Part shown: one piece after another, positions 10,447-21,021 of the stretch
Layout: every line of letters starts with the position of its first letter
How positions within the stretch are numbered: position 1 is the first letter of the stretch
Assembly (NCBI GenBank): GCA_048571215.1
Contig: CP182352.1
Coordinates: forward strand, 1,760,001 to 1,824,000
Length of the DNA: 64,000 nt
Source: Halarcobacter sp.
GTDB taxonomy: Bacteria > Campylobacterota > Campylobacteria > Campylobacterales > Arcobacteraceae
Direction of reading: 5' to 3'
Translations under genes and position numbers: made by a program
The notes under the pieces: model-generated
Told to the model about the DNA's origin: nothing
Database searches by the model: none
The model's input: only the letters and a program-made list of their open reading frames with translations

Positions 10447-12219
10447 TTAAAACCTTATTATATATTCACATTTATTTAAACTATTTATTTCTATTTCGCC
10501 TGCTAATTGGTCTATAACTAAATTTTTCACAAGGCTTAAACCTAATGAGTCTGTTGATATGTTTTCTATTTTAAATCCATTTCCATCATCATAAACATAT
10601 AAAAAATATTTTCCTTTTTTTTCTTCCAAATTAATATTTATTTTTGAACAAGTAATTGCATATTTTATTGTATTAGATATTAGTTCATTTATGATTATAC
10701 CTACATATATCGCTTTTTTTAGTGGCATTTTTACATCAGTTTTAAGTTCAAAAGATATATCTCTATTATTTAATGAAGAATCAATATCTTTATATAACTT
10801 ATAAAGATATTTATACATATTTATTTTTTCAATTTCATCATTTAAATATAATAAATCATGAGTTTGGGATATAGATTTAATTCGATTTTCTAATTTTACA
10901 AATTGTTCTTGAAGTTGGGTATTTTGAGATTGACCTTGCAATCGTATAATAGAAAGCATTAACTGTAAATTGTTTTTAACTCTATGGTGTAACTCTCTAT
11001 AGAGATTTTCCAAGTTTTTCGTCTGTTTTTTAACCTCTTTTCTTATTAAAATATTTCTTTCTTTTAGTTCTTCATATAACTTTTTATCTAAAAGCTCTTT
11101 TTGTATTTGTAAAATATTTAACCTATCAATAAAAGCTAATAATAAAAATAAAGCTTCAATTAAAGTCAAAATTAAAATCAATGGAGGTAAAAAATACATC
11201 ACAGAGATTATTCCAAGAGCATCTATTATTGTAAGGAAATACCCTATAGATAAAAATGACCACCCAACTATAAAAAATCTTGCTTGTTTATTTCCACTTC
11301 TATAAATATAAACTGCACTAAAAAGATTAAAAAATATAAAAAACAATGCAGTTAATATTGTAACTTCTGGATAATAAAAATAAGGAGTAGATAGTAGTAA
11401 TATCTGTAAAGATACAAAATATATTAAAAATTTGTAAATTCTATCTAACTTAGGAAAATATTTACTTTTTAAAAAACTCCTTGCAAAAATTATAGCAGTG
11501 ATAATCATCATACCAACTTTTGGAACAACAATTAAATTATCATAATAGGTAAACCAGCTTGGTGCATATAATGGCAAAAACCCTATATAAGTTAATTGCT
11601 GAAAAAGCAAAGTAAAAATATAAATACAATAATATAAATAACTCTTCTCTTTTGTATAAATAAACAAACTAAAAGAGTAGATTATAAAAGCTAAAATAAC
11701 TCCAATAAAAAATACTATAAGAAATTGTTTTATTAAATCATTTTTTTTAAACTCTTCTAATCCCTTTAATAAAATAGAAAACTGCAAAGCAGTAGTACTA
11801 TTAGAAAGTTTTAGATAATAAACTTTTTTCTCTTTTTTAAATAAGTTTAATTTAAAACTAGGATTTAAAGATTTTAACCTCTCTTTAATATGTAACATTC
11901 CACTGTGACTATCATCGCAATTTTCTGCATATAATGTAATATGTTCAAGTAAGGGATTGTTTATCTCCAATATAAAATATTTATTTATATCATCTAAGTT
12001 TGTTAGTTCAAGTCTTAACCAAATTGAAATTTTTGAATTAAAACCATAATTTACATGATCTTTTAATAAAGGGGTGAAATTAACTTTATTAATATTAGAA
12101 AAGCTTATATCTTTTTCAGTAGTATATATATCTACTTTTTTTAATATACTTAAATTTTCAGCCTTTACTAGGCTGAAAAATATAAGAGTAAGAAGAAAAA
12201 AAATTTTATAAAATTTCAA
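10447..12219 (-). CDS. 7TM-DISM sensor histidine kinase (HisKA_2 type)
   Basis: 7TM region, ELHHRVKNNLQ H-box, NELISN N-box, DDGNG, SLGLSLV. Confidence 0.9.
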   Translation of the reverse strand: MKFYKIFFLLTLIFFSLVKAENLSILKKVDIYTTEKDISFSNINKVNFTPLLKDHVNYGFNSKISIWLRLELTNLDDINKYFILEINNPLLEHITLYAENCDDSHSGMLHIKERLKSLNPSFKLNLFKKEKKVYYLKLSNSTTALQFSILLKGLEEFKKNDLIKQFLIVFFIGVILAFIIYSFSLFIYTKEKSYLYYCIYIFTLLFQQLTYIGFLPLYAPSWFTYYDNLIVVPKVGMMIITAIIFARSFLKSKYFPKLDRIYKFLIYFVSLQILLLSTPYFYYPEVTILTALFFIFFNLFSAVYIYRSGNKQARFFIVGWSFLSIGYFLTIIDALGIISVMYFLPPLILILTLIEALFLLLAFIDRLNILQIQKELLDKKLYEELKERNILIRKEVKKQTKNLENLYRELHHRVKNNLQLMLSIIRLQGQSQNTQLQEQFVKLENRIKSISQTHDLLYLNDEIEKINMYKYLYKLYKDIDSSLNNRDISFELKTDVKMPLKKAIYVGIIINELISNTIKYAITCSKININLEEKKGKYFLYVYDDGNGFKIENISTDSLGLSLVKNLVIDQLAGEIEINSLNKCEYIIRF

Positions 12220-12309
12220 ATACTTTCCTTAGGAAAAGTTTTTTTGTATTTTACAAAATTATATCCAAATTGCAATAAAATTATAACAAATAAACAATTA
12301 AGTTACTAG

Positions 12310-13005
12310 TTATGCACCTAAATATTTTTTTCTAACTTCATCTGAATCAATCAACATTGAAGCTTTTTCTTCCAAGGCAATCTCTCCATTTTCTAAAACA
12401 TATGCATAATCTGCTACATCTAAAGCTGCATATGCATTTTGTTCAACTAAAAGTATAGTGATTCCTTCACTTTTTAATTTTAATATTGTCTCAAAAAGTT
12501 CTCCAACTATTTTTGGTGCAAGTCCAAGTGAAGGTTCATCTAGCATCAATAGTTTTGGTGAACCCATTAATGCCCTAGCTATTGCTAACATTTGTTGTTC
12601 ACCTCCACTCATGGTACCTGCTAATTGATATCTTTTTTCTACAAGTCTTGGAAAAAGTTTATATGAGTGTTCTAATAAGGCTTCATAATTTTTTTCATTG
12701 TTAAAAGCACCAATTCTTAGATTTTCTTCAACTGTAAGATTTATAAAAACCCGTCTTCCCTCTGGAACTAAACTAATACCCTGTTTTATAATATCATGGG
12801 TTTTATATTTAGTAATATTTTTACCCTCAAACTCAATTTTACCAGTTTTTTTAACATCATTTACTATTGATTGTAAGGTGGAAGTTTTACCTGCTCCATT
12901 TGAACCAATAAGAGATACAATATCACCTTTTGAAACTTGAAAGTTTATACCTTTTACAGCTTTTATAAGACCGTAATATACTTCAAGATTATTGATTTTA
13001 AGCAT
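12310..13005 (-). CDS. livF: Branched-chain amino acid ABC transporter ATPase
   Basis: GSNGAGKT, MSGGEQQMLAIARALM, LDEPSLGLAP. Confidence 0.92.
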   Translation of the reverse strand: MLKINNLEVYYGLIKAVKGINFQVSKGDIVSLIGSNGAGKTSTLQSIVNDVKKTGKIEFEGKNITKYKTHDIIKQGISLVPEGRRVFINLTVEENLRIGAFNNEKNYEALLEHSYKLFPRLVEKRYQLAGTMSGGEQQMLAIARALMGSPKLLMLDEPSLGLAPKIVGELFETILKLKSEGITILLVEQNAYAALDVADYAYVLENGEIALEEKASMLIDSDEVRKKYLGA

Positions 13006-13765
13006 GTTTAAACTCTCCTAAATAGGCCTTTATAACCTCTTCATCTTTAATTGCATCTTCAATTTTTCCCTCAAAAATAGTTTTACCATAATCAAGTACC
13101 ATAACCCTATCACAAAGATGATTTACAAACTTCATATCATGTTCTATTAATAAAATAGTTACATTATATTTATCTCTAATATCAAAAAGTAGATGGGCTA
13201 ACTCTTTTGTTTCATTTGGATTCATACCAGCTGCTGGCTCATCTAAAAGTAAAAGCTTTGGAGATGTTGCTAAAGCTCTAGCTATTTCTACCTTTCTTTG
13301 CTGTCCATAAGATAGTGAAGTAGCCAATTCATCAGCAAACTTATCTATACCTAAAAAGTTCATTATCTCATAAGCTTTTTCTTTTACCTCTTTTTCTTGA
13401 GAAAAGAATCTTGGTAGTCTAAAAATTGACTCCAAATAAGTATATTTTGTAGCATTATTAAAACCTATTAAAATATTATCTAAAACACTCATTGAAGAAA
13501 AAAGTCTTATATTTTGAAAAGTTCTAGCAATCCCAAATTTTACTATTTTATAGTTTTTTTTGTTTGTTATATTTTCACCATCTAAAACAACTTCCCCACT
13601 TGTAGGCTTATAATTTCCAGTGATTATATTAAACATAGTTGTTTTACCAGCACCATTTGGTCCAATAAGTCCAAAAATTTCATTTTGTTTTATACTAAAA
13701 GATGTATCATTGATAGCAACAATACCACCAAATTTTTTTGTAATGTTTTTTATCTCTAATATCAT
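12998..13765 (-). CDS. livG: Branched-chain amino acid ABC transporter ATPase
   Basis: [34 protein letters not shown]. Confidence 0.92.
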   Translation of the reverse strand: MILEIKNITKKFGGIVAINDTSFSIKQNEIFGLIGPNGAGKTTMFNIITGNYKPTSGEVVLDGENITNKKNYKIVKFGIARTFQNIRLFSSMSVLDNILIGFNNATKYTYLESIFRLPRFFSQEKEVKEKAYEIMNFLGIDKFADELATSLSYGQQRKVEIARALATSPKLLLLDEPAAGMNPNETKELAHLLFDIRDKYNVTILLIEHDMKFVNHLCDRVMVLDYGKTIFEGKIEDAIKDEEVIKAYLGEFKHA

Positions 13766-14781
13766 CTTTTACCCTTTTTATCTTTTCTTTTGATGATATT
13801 ACTTAACTCTTTTCTACCCAATAAACCTTCCCTTGCAAAAAGCATTACTAATATAAGAATCATTGAAAAAACAACCATTCTAAGACCCGGATGGGCATCT
13901 GTTTGTAAACCAAAAATATTCATAGGTGAATCTAAAAATCTTAACCACTCACTACCACCTATAACAATAATTGTACCTATAATTGTTCCAGTCATAGAAC
14001 CTAAACCACCTAAAACTATTATAATAAGTAGTTGAAATGTTAAGAAAAATGTAAATAGATCTGGTGAAATAGTTGTAAGAAGAACTGCTAACAATCCTCC
14101 ACCAATTCCTTCAAAAAATGCAGAGGTACCAAATGCAAGAGTTTTTATCTTAAAAGTATTTATCCCAATTGCACTTGCTGCATCCTCATCATCCCTAACA
14201 GCTTTCATTGCCCTACCAAATTTTGAGTAAACAATATTTAACATAATCAAAACAGTAATAATAGCAATACCACCTGTCCAATAGATATTTATCAAAGATG
14301 GAATCTCATTTAGTCCAATTGAACCATTTGTAATCTCAGGAGAATTAATAGCAAAAACTTTTATAATAAACCCAAAACCTAAAGTTACAATTGCCAAATA
14401 ATCACCCCTAACTCTAAATACAGGAGCTGCAAGTAAAACTGCAACAATTGATGCTATAACACCACTTAATAATAGTGCTGGAACAAGTGAAGTATTTAAG
14501 GCTAATACCCAAGGGGCTGGATCTTCTAGTTGAAATAAATCCCACTTTAAATCTTCACTTAATAAACATAAGGCTGTAGTATAAGCACCAATAGCAACAA
14601 ATCCATTTGGTTCTAATGAAAACTGACCTGTAATACCATTTATTAGATTATATGAAGCGGCTAGTATTAAAAATATAAAAATGTTGTTTAATATTCTTAT
14701 CCCATAATCTTCAAATACATAAGGTGAAATTACAACAAAAGCGATTGCCAAAATTAAATAGAGTATAAAATTCTTATTCAT
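13762..14781 (-). CDS. livM: Branched-chain amino acid ABC transporter permease
   Basis: [32 protein letters not shown]. Confidence 0.9.
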   Translation of the reverse strand: MNKNFILYLILAIAFVVISPYVFEDYGIRILNNIFIFLILAASYNLINGITGQFSLEPNGFVAIGAYTTALCLLSEDLKWDLFQLEDPAPWVLALNTSLVPALLLSGVIASIVAVLLAAPVFRVRGDYLAIVTLGFGFIIKVFAINSPEITNGSIGLNEIPSLINIYWTGGIAIITVLIMLNIVYSKFGRAMKAVRDDEDAASAIGINTFKIKTLAFGTSAFFEGIGGGLLAVLLTTISPDLFTFFLTFQLLIIIVLGGLGSMTGTIIGTIIVIGGSEWLRFLDSPMNIFGLQTDAHPGLRMVVFSMILILVMLFAREGLLGRKELSNIIKRKDKKGKR

Positions 14782-14783
14782 GA

Positions 14784-15680
14784 TTAAAACCTACTCTTTT
14801 CAAAATTTATCCCCATAATACCAGTTGGTTTAAAAAGTAAAACAAGAATTAAAAATACAAAAGCTATGGCATCCTTATACCCTCCATACTCAGGAAGAAA
14901 TGCTACAAAAATAACTTCTGTAAATCCTAAAATAAAGCCACCTAAAACAGCACCAGTAACAGAACCAATACCACCTAAGACGGCTGCTGCAAACGCCTTT
15001 AACCCTATCATAACTCCCATATATGGAGTTAATATAGGGTATGATATAGCCCAAAAGAGTCCAGAAACTCCAGCTAAACTTGAACCTATAATAAAAACTA
15101 TCATAATAATTTTATTTGAGTCAATTCCCATTAATGATACTGTTTTTACATCAAAGGCTAATGCTCTAATTGCAATACCATATTTTGTTCTAAAAAGAAT
15201 AAAAAGTAAAACTGCCAATAAAAGTAAAGTTACAACAGGAACAATAATAACTGTTGGTGTTAAAACTGTACCACCAACACTAATTAACTGTTCAAAAAAA
15301 TCTGGTACATCAAATGATTTTGGTGTTCCTCCAAAAGTAACATTTATAATATTTTCTAAAAAAAAGGAAACACCAATTGCGGTTATGAGCAAAGAGATTC
15401 TTGGAGCTTCCCTTAAAGGTTTATAGGCAACTTTATCTGTTAAAATCCCTATAAGTGTGGAGATTACAATTGCAAAAAGAAAAGCAAAAGGAACAGAAAG
15501 TTCTAAAGTATTTGCAGCATAAAAAGCTGCAAATGCTCCTACCATCATTATGTCTGCATGGGCAAAGTTAATAAGCCTTAGTACTCCATAAACCATAGTG
15601 TAACCTATGGCTATAAGAGCATACATACTTCCTAAACTTACCCCATTGACAAGCTGTTGTAATAGTGTAATAAAATCCAT
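14784..15680 (-). CDS. livH: Branched-chain amino acid ABC transporter permease
   Basis: GSMYALIAIGYTMVYGVLRLINFAH, KAFAAAVLGGIGS. Confidence 0.92.
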   Translation of the reverse strand: MDFITLLQQLVNGVSLGSMYALIAIGYTMVYGVLRLINFAHADIMMVGAFAAFYAANTLELSVPFAFLFAIVISTLIGILTDKVAYKPLREAPRISLLITAIGVSFFLENIINVTFGGTPKSFDVPDFFEQLISVGGTVLTPTVIIVPVVTLLLLAVLLFILFRTKYGIAIRALAFDVKTVSLMGIDSNKIIMIVFIIGSSLAGVSGLFWAISYPILTPYMGVMIGLKAFAAAVLGGIGSVTGAVLGGFILGFTEVIFVAFLPEYGGYKDAIAFVFLILVLLFKPTGIMGINFEKSRF

Positions 15681-15696
15681 AAACTAACTTACAAAC

Positions 15697-16818
15697 TTAT
15701 TTTGGGTCGACAGTTGTAAGATACTCTTTTTTACCAGATTTTATTACATTGATAACTGCTGATCTTACTGCATCACCATTTTCAAGTGTAATAACCCCTG
15801 ATGCTCCTTGGAATTTTTTAGTTGCTCTAATGTTTTTATTTACACAAACAGAATCTGTTGGATCTTCACATTTATTCATAGCTGCTACTATTATATTGTA
15901 TGAATCACCTGATAAAACTCCAAAAGGATGAACCTCTTTATTCAATTTTGCCTTATATGCTTTTTCGTATTTTTTTGAAAGGTCAGTTGTTTTTGGAGCA
16001 CTTGGTGAATAAAGGTCTGTTGCATAAAAACCTTCAACTGCATCTCCTCCTACTTCAAAGAAAACATTATCTGCTGTCATACCATCAGTTCCTAAAAACT
16101 TAGCTGTGATTCCTAACTGCTTAGCTTGTTTTGCAATAAGTGCAGCTTCAGCTGAATAGATTGGGAAAAAGATAAGTTGTGGATTTAAAGCTTTGATATT
16201 TGAAAGCATAGCTTTATAATCAGAATCACCTTGGTTTATTTTAGCTTGTTGTAAAATAGTACCACCAAGTTTTTTATAAGCTCGTTTAAATACTTTTGAA
16301 ATACCTATTGAATAATCATTTTTAACATCAGTAATTAAAACTGCTTTTTTAAATTTCAAATAATTTATTGCAAAGTCAGCGGCAACTTGTCCTTGAAAGG
16401 CATCAGAGAAACAAACTCTTGAAACATAGTCTTTTCTTTTTGTTACTAAAATATTTGTCGCCACAGGTGCAACAACTGGAACCTTTGCATTCTCTGCAAT
16501 TTTTGTCATAGCCATAGTATTTGTAGAAGTAAGTGCACCAATAATTGCCGTTACTTTATCATATGAAACTAATTTACTTGCTGCATTTGCTGCTTCAATT
16601 TTATCTGATTTATTATCTACTAGTATAAGTTTTACATCATCACCATTTTTTAGTTTTGGTTGCATATCATGGGCAACATATAAACCCTCTACTGCACTTT
16701 GACCAAAACCACCAATAGGTCCAGACATAGGCATAATAACACCAATTTTTACCTCTTTTGCAAAAGCAACAGTACAAGCCAATGCAGAAACCACTGCTAA
16801 GTTAACTAACTTTTTCAT
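15697..16818 (-). CDS. livK: Branched-chain amino acid ABC transporter periplasmic binding protein (LivJ/K)
   Basis: Signal peptide; KIGVIMPMSG, RVCFSDAFQG; first gene of the liv operon. Confidence 0.85.
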   Translation of the reverse strand: MKKLVNLAVVSALACTVAFAKEVKIGVIMPMSGPIGGFGQSAVEGLYVAHDMQPKLKNGDDVKLILVDNKSDKIEAANAASKLVSYDKVTAIIGALTSTNTMAMTKIAENAKVPVVAPVATNILVTKRKDYVSRVCFSDAFQGQVAADFAINYLKFKKAVLITDVKNDYSIGISKVFKRAYKKLGGTILQQAKINQGDSDYKAMLSNIKALNPQLIFFPIYSAEAALIAKQAKQLGITAKFLGTDGMTADNVFFEVGGDAVEGFYATDLYSPSAPKTTDLSKKYEKAYKAKLNKEVHPFGVLSGDSYNIIVAAMNKCEDPTDSVCVNKNIRATKKFQGASGVITLENGDAVRSAVINVIKSGKKEYLTTVDPK

Positions 16819-16930
16819 AAAAACTCCTATTTTTTTATTTCAAAATAATATGCAGTAGATTATCATAATTAAACAAAAGCTTCAATAAGATGAAACTATT
16901 ATACATATTAATTGCTATTTTATTAAAATT

Positions 16931-18835
16931 TTAAGATATTGTATTTTTACCCTTTTCTTTTGAGTAGTATAAGGATTTATCAGCTCTAATTACCATATCT
17001 TCTATCTTATCATCATTTTTGAGATACTCAGTACAACCAATACTAATCGTAAATTTAACAATAATATTCTCTATATCATTTTGAAGTTTATTTATTTTTT
17101 TAAGTATTTTATTACCAACAATTTTTGAATTTTCTAAATTAACATCAGGTAATAAAACTAAAAATTCATCACCACCAAACCTAACTATAATATCATTTTC
17201 CCTCAAAAGCTCTTTTATTTCATTTACTAAAGTCTGAAGTATTTTATCTCCAGTATTATGTCCATATTGATCATTTATATGTTTAAAATCATCAATATCT
17301 ATCATTAGCAAAGATAATGTGCTCTTTTCTCTTTTTACTATTTCAAAATAATTTTTACTAAAATCATTTAAAAACCTTCTATTATAAGCACCAGTAAGAA
17401 CATCTGTATTTGATAAATGTTCATGCATCGCTTTGTTTGCTTCTGCTTCGATTAACTTTTCAGTTCTATTTTCTAACTCCTCAATCATATTATTAAAATT
17501 TTTATTTAATATATCAAGTTCTTCAACTCCTGTAGGAGATAAGCTTTTAATATGCTTTTGTTTAGCTAGGTTTTTTGTTAATGAAATAATTTTTAGTAAT
17601 GGGTCATTTATTCTTTTTACAAAATTATTAGATTTTTTATAAAGATATATAAAAAATAATGTATAAAAAAGTATAATAAGTGAGATAATCAATATTCCTA
17701 AATCTATATAATAATCCTCAAGTTCATTTACCTCTTTTAAAATATTTTCTTGTTTAATCAAACTTACAATATGCCAAGAAGTTTTTTCAATATACTCAGT
17801 AAATAAAAGATATTTTTTACCATCAATTTCTAATTCATTTTTATATTTTTTATTTTTTAAAATATCTTTTAAAATTGAAACCAACTGTTTATTTTTGTGA
17901 TTTAAAATATTAATCTTTTCTTTTAATATTGTCCCATTTACTTTTTCATCTTTTTTATATTTATAGCGATTGAAATCTATACCTAAAATTGCTTTTATAC
18001 CATCCGTTGTTGCGATAATGTCCCCTTGGTTATCTAACAAAAAACTATCAGCATTGTATGGAATTTTAATTTCTAAAAGTGATTCTATTATCTTTTCAAT
18101 AGTAATATCAAAACCTGTGACACCCTCTAATTTGTTGTTGTAATATATAGGAACTAGTGAACTTATCATCCAGCCCTGTCCTGCTGGATCCAAATATATA
18201 TCTGTCCAAACAACTTTTCTTTCTGGATTATGTATTAAATCAGCTTTATAAAAAAAATTGTATTTTTTTATATCAAAACTAGCAGGAAAAGTTTTATATG
18301 GATCTTTTAGATAGGGATAGTATCTACTATAATTATATTTAGAGTTATAATATGCAGATGTAATCATTTTATTATTATCAACAGCTATTTTAAAACTTTT
18401 ATCAAATAGTTCAGTTTTGTCTAATTCATCTTGCAAAGTTTTATCTATTTTTATATCTTTTGATACAATTACAAAAGAACCGCCATTGTCAACTGACTTG
18501 TAATACATACCATTTTCGGCTACTTTAAATTTAGGTTTTTTATCTATTTTAATATTCTTATAATATTTAAAAAAGTTTTGATGTTCATTTTGAAATAATA
18601 AAGCTATTTTTTCAATATCAAGAAGATTTCTATTTATATCATCTTTTATATCATCTATTTTACTATAAACTGTTTCTCTTAGGTCTTTAATAATAAAACT
18701 TGAACTTTTATTTACCAAATTATTTGTAACATTAAAATATAAAAATAAAAGTGTTATCTCTATAAAGATAATTGATGTTAATGCAGTTTTTAAATAATTT
18801 TGATAAATTAAGTTTTTTAAATTAACTGTTTTCAT
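16931..18835 (-). CDS. Membrane diguanylate cyclase (Cache, HAMP, GGDEF)
   Basis: Two TM helices, WTDIYLDPAG Cache motif, DIDDFKHINDQYGH, RFGGDEF. Confidence 0.9.
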   Translation of the reverse strand: MKTVNLKNLIYQNYLKTALTSIIFIEITLLFLYFNVTNNLVNKSSSFIIKDLRETVYSKIDDIKDDINRNLLDIEKIALLFQNEHQNFFKYYKNIKIDKKPKFKVAENGMYYKSVDNGGSFVIVSKDIKIDKTLQDELDKTELFDKSFKIAVDNNKMITSAYYNSKYNYSRYYPYLKDPYKTFPASFDIKKYNFFYKADLIHNPERKVVWTDIYLDPAGQGWMISSLVPIYYNNKLEGVTGFDITIEKIIESLLEIKIPYNADSFLLDNQGDIIATTDGIKAILGIDFNRYKYKKDEKVNGTILKEKINILNHKNKQLVSILKDILKNKKYKNELEIDGKKYLLFTEYIEKTSWHIVSLIKQENILKEVNELEDYYIDLGILIISLIILFYTLFFIYLYKKSNNFVKRINDPLLKIISLTKNLAKQKHIKSLSPTGVEELDILNKNFNNMIEELENRTEKLIEAEANKAMHEHLSNTDVLTGAYNRRFLNDFSKNYFEIVKREKSTLSLLMIDIDDFKHINDQYGHNTGDKILQTLVNEIKELLRENDIIVRFGGDEFLVLLPDVNLENSKIVGNKILKKINKLQNDIENIIVKFTISIGCTEYLKNDDKIEDMVIRADKSLYYSKEKGKNTIS

Positions 18836-18926
18836 TTACTTGCCTAAAATAGCGCTCTTAAAATAATTTTATAATCTTAAAAATCAAAGGCAAATGAAAA
18901 TAATAATCAATAAACATAATTTAAGT

Positions 18927-19268
18927 TTAATTTAACTCTAAACTCATCAAATACATCTCTTCACCATCAACTACTTTTATCATATTGCTATTACACTTTG
19001 GACAGAAGAACTCATTTTTTTCTAATGTTGAAGTGGTATTACAATCCAAACACTCAATAACCACTTTTTGATGATTTATAATAAATTGGGCATTTTCACA
19101 AACTGTTTTTTCTTTAAAAGTATCAAAGGCAGTTTGCAATAAATCTGGTTCTACTCCAGATAAAACACCTATTTTTACTACAACTTTTGTTACATTTGTT
19201 GACTCATTTTGTTTTGCATGCTCTTCGCAACTATCCAAAAGTGATTGAACTATACTATATTCATGCAT
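18927..19268 (-). CDS. hypA: Hydrogenase nickel incorporation protein HypA
   Basis: MHEYSI, CLDC and CPKC zinc motifs. Confidence 0.95.
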   Translation of the reverse strand: MHEYSIVQSLLDSCEEHAKQNESTNVTKVVVKIGVLSGVEPDLLQTAFDTFKEKTVCENAQFIINHQKVVIECLDCNTTSTLEKNEFFCPKCNSNMIKVVDGEEMYLMSLELN

Positions 19269-19310
19269 TAAATTTTTCCTTTTGAAATATCCTATTTTTT
19301 AAAGAGACCA

Positions 19311-20315
19311 TTAACAAATCCTTGGTAATAATTCACCTGTTGGCAAATCTATAAATCTTTGGGTTCCCCAAGCTGTATTTAAAATAACTTTACCTTTATG
19401 CTTTGAGTTTACAAGCCCTATAATACTTGATTGTTTTGAAGTATCCATTGATTTTAAAAGCTGCATCGCTTTTTCAACTTCACTTTTTGGAAGTGCTAAT
19501 ACAAAAGTTCCCTCATTTGCTAAACTTAGAGCTTCAAAACCTAAAAGCTCACAAACTCCATTTACCTCATCACAAACAGGTATTTTTTCCTCTTCTATCT
19601 CTATACAAATATCAGATTGTTTTGCCCACTCATTTAAAACTGCACTTACACCACCTCTTGTAGCATCTCTTAAGGCTCTAATATTTACACCATTTTCAAT
19701 AAGCTTTTCAACTACAGGCCAAAGGGAAGCACAATCAGATTCTAAAGAAGTTGAAAAATCAATCCCCTCGCGTGCTGCAAAGATTGTAGCTCCATGTTTT
19801 CCTATAGAGTTAGATACTATAATCACATCATCTTCTAAAATAGAGTTTGAAGAGATTCCACTTTTTTTAACCTCACCAATTCCAGTTGTATTTATAAATA
19901 TCTTATCCACACTACCACGAGGTACCACCTTAGTATCTCCAGATACAACAACAGCCCCATTTATCTCAAGCTCTTTTTTCATACTAGCAACTATTGTATT
20001 TAATGTTTCAACATCAAAGCCCTCTTCAAGAATAACTGAACAAGTAAGATACTTAGGCTTTGCACCCATCATAGCTAAGTCATTGCAAGTACCACAAACT
20101 GCAAGCTTACCAATATTTGCTCCTGGGAACTCTATAGGACTTACGGTAAAACTATCTGTAGAAAAAGCTAGCTTTCCATCTTGGATAATAGCTGCATCTT
20201 CACTTTTTGCTAAAATATCATTTTCAAAAGCCTTATAAAAAACTTTTGATATAAGTTCATTGTTTTCTTGCCCACCATTTCCCTGTGCTAGCGTTATTGT
20301 TTTAGTCATTTTCAA
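19311..20315 (-). CDS. hypE: Hydrogenase maturation protein HypE
   Basis: TDSFTVSP, NDLAMMGA, RDATRGG, C-terminal LPRIC. Confidence 0.95.
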   Translation of the reverse strand: MKMTKTITLAQGNGGQENNELISKVFYKAFENDILAKSEDAAIIQDGKLAFSTDSFTVSPIEFPGANIGKLAVCGTCNDLAMMGAKPKYLTCSVILEEGFDVETLNTIVASMKKELEINGAVVVSGDTKVVPRGSVDKIFINTTGIGEVKKSGISSNSILEDDVIIVSNSIGKHGATIFAAREGIDFSTSLESDCASLWPVVEKLIENGVNIRALRDATRGGVSAVLNEWAKQSDICIEIEEEKIPVCDEVNGVCELLGFEALSLANEGTFVLALPKSEVEKAMQLLKSMDTSKQSSIIGLVNSKHKGKVILNTAWGTQRFIDLPTGELLPRIC

Positions 20316-21021
20316 CCTCTTTTTCTACAATCTCTCCAAATCTTTTTAAAACTAAATTTGCATATGGAGTCTTCTTTATATTTTTAATTAAAATATCGAT
20401 TGGAATATCTTTATCTTTTCCAACTTCCTTGATATATGATTGCATAATATCTTCATTGTATTCTGGATGAAATTGTACACCCCAAGCATTTTTGCCTATC
20501 CTAAAAGCATGATTTTTTTCATATTTATTATATGCTAAATGTATGCTATCTTTAGGAAGTTCTAATACTGATTGGGAGTGTATTGTATGTGCCATAAACG
20601 ATTTTGGCACTCCACTAAAAAGTTTATCATTTGCTACATTATTTGATAAATTTATCTCTACACTACCTATCTCCATACCATCTTTATGAAAATCACTAAT
20701 TCCACCCATACTTTTTCCTAAAAGCTGGTGTCCATAACATATTCCCAATAGTGGTATCTCTTTTTCAATTAAAATTGGTATCCATTGTTCAATTGCTACA
20801 CTCCATGGCTCTTCATCTGTAACCATAGAGTGTGAACCTGTTATAATAACTCCTGCACACTCTTCAATATCTGGAAAATAGATTTTTTCTTGTATATGTA
20901 TAACTTCAATATCTAAATTAGGATTGTCTAACTTATCAATAACCCAAGTATCAAAATCTTTATTCTGTTTTTTTGTATCTTCAAAAGTGATACCAGCTTT
21001 AATAATAAAAAGTTTTTTCAT
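20302..21021 (-). CDS. Type 1 glutamine amidotransferase (GMP-synthase-like)
   Basis: ITGS, LGICYGHQ nucleophile Cys, QFHPE. Confidence 0.9.
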   Translation of the reverse strand: MKKLFIIKAGITFEDTKKQNKDFDTWVIDKLDNPNLDIEVIHIQEKIYFPDIEECAGVIITGSHSMVTDEEPWSVAIEQWIPILIEKEIPLLGICYGHQLLGKSMGGISDFHKDGMEIGSVEINLSNNVANDKLFSGVPKSFMAHTIHSQSVLELPKDSIHLAYNKYEKNHAFRIGKNAWGVQFHPEYNEDIMQSYIKEVGKDKDIPIDILIKNIKKTPYANLVLKRFGEIVEKEVEND

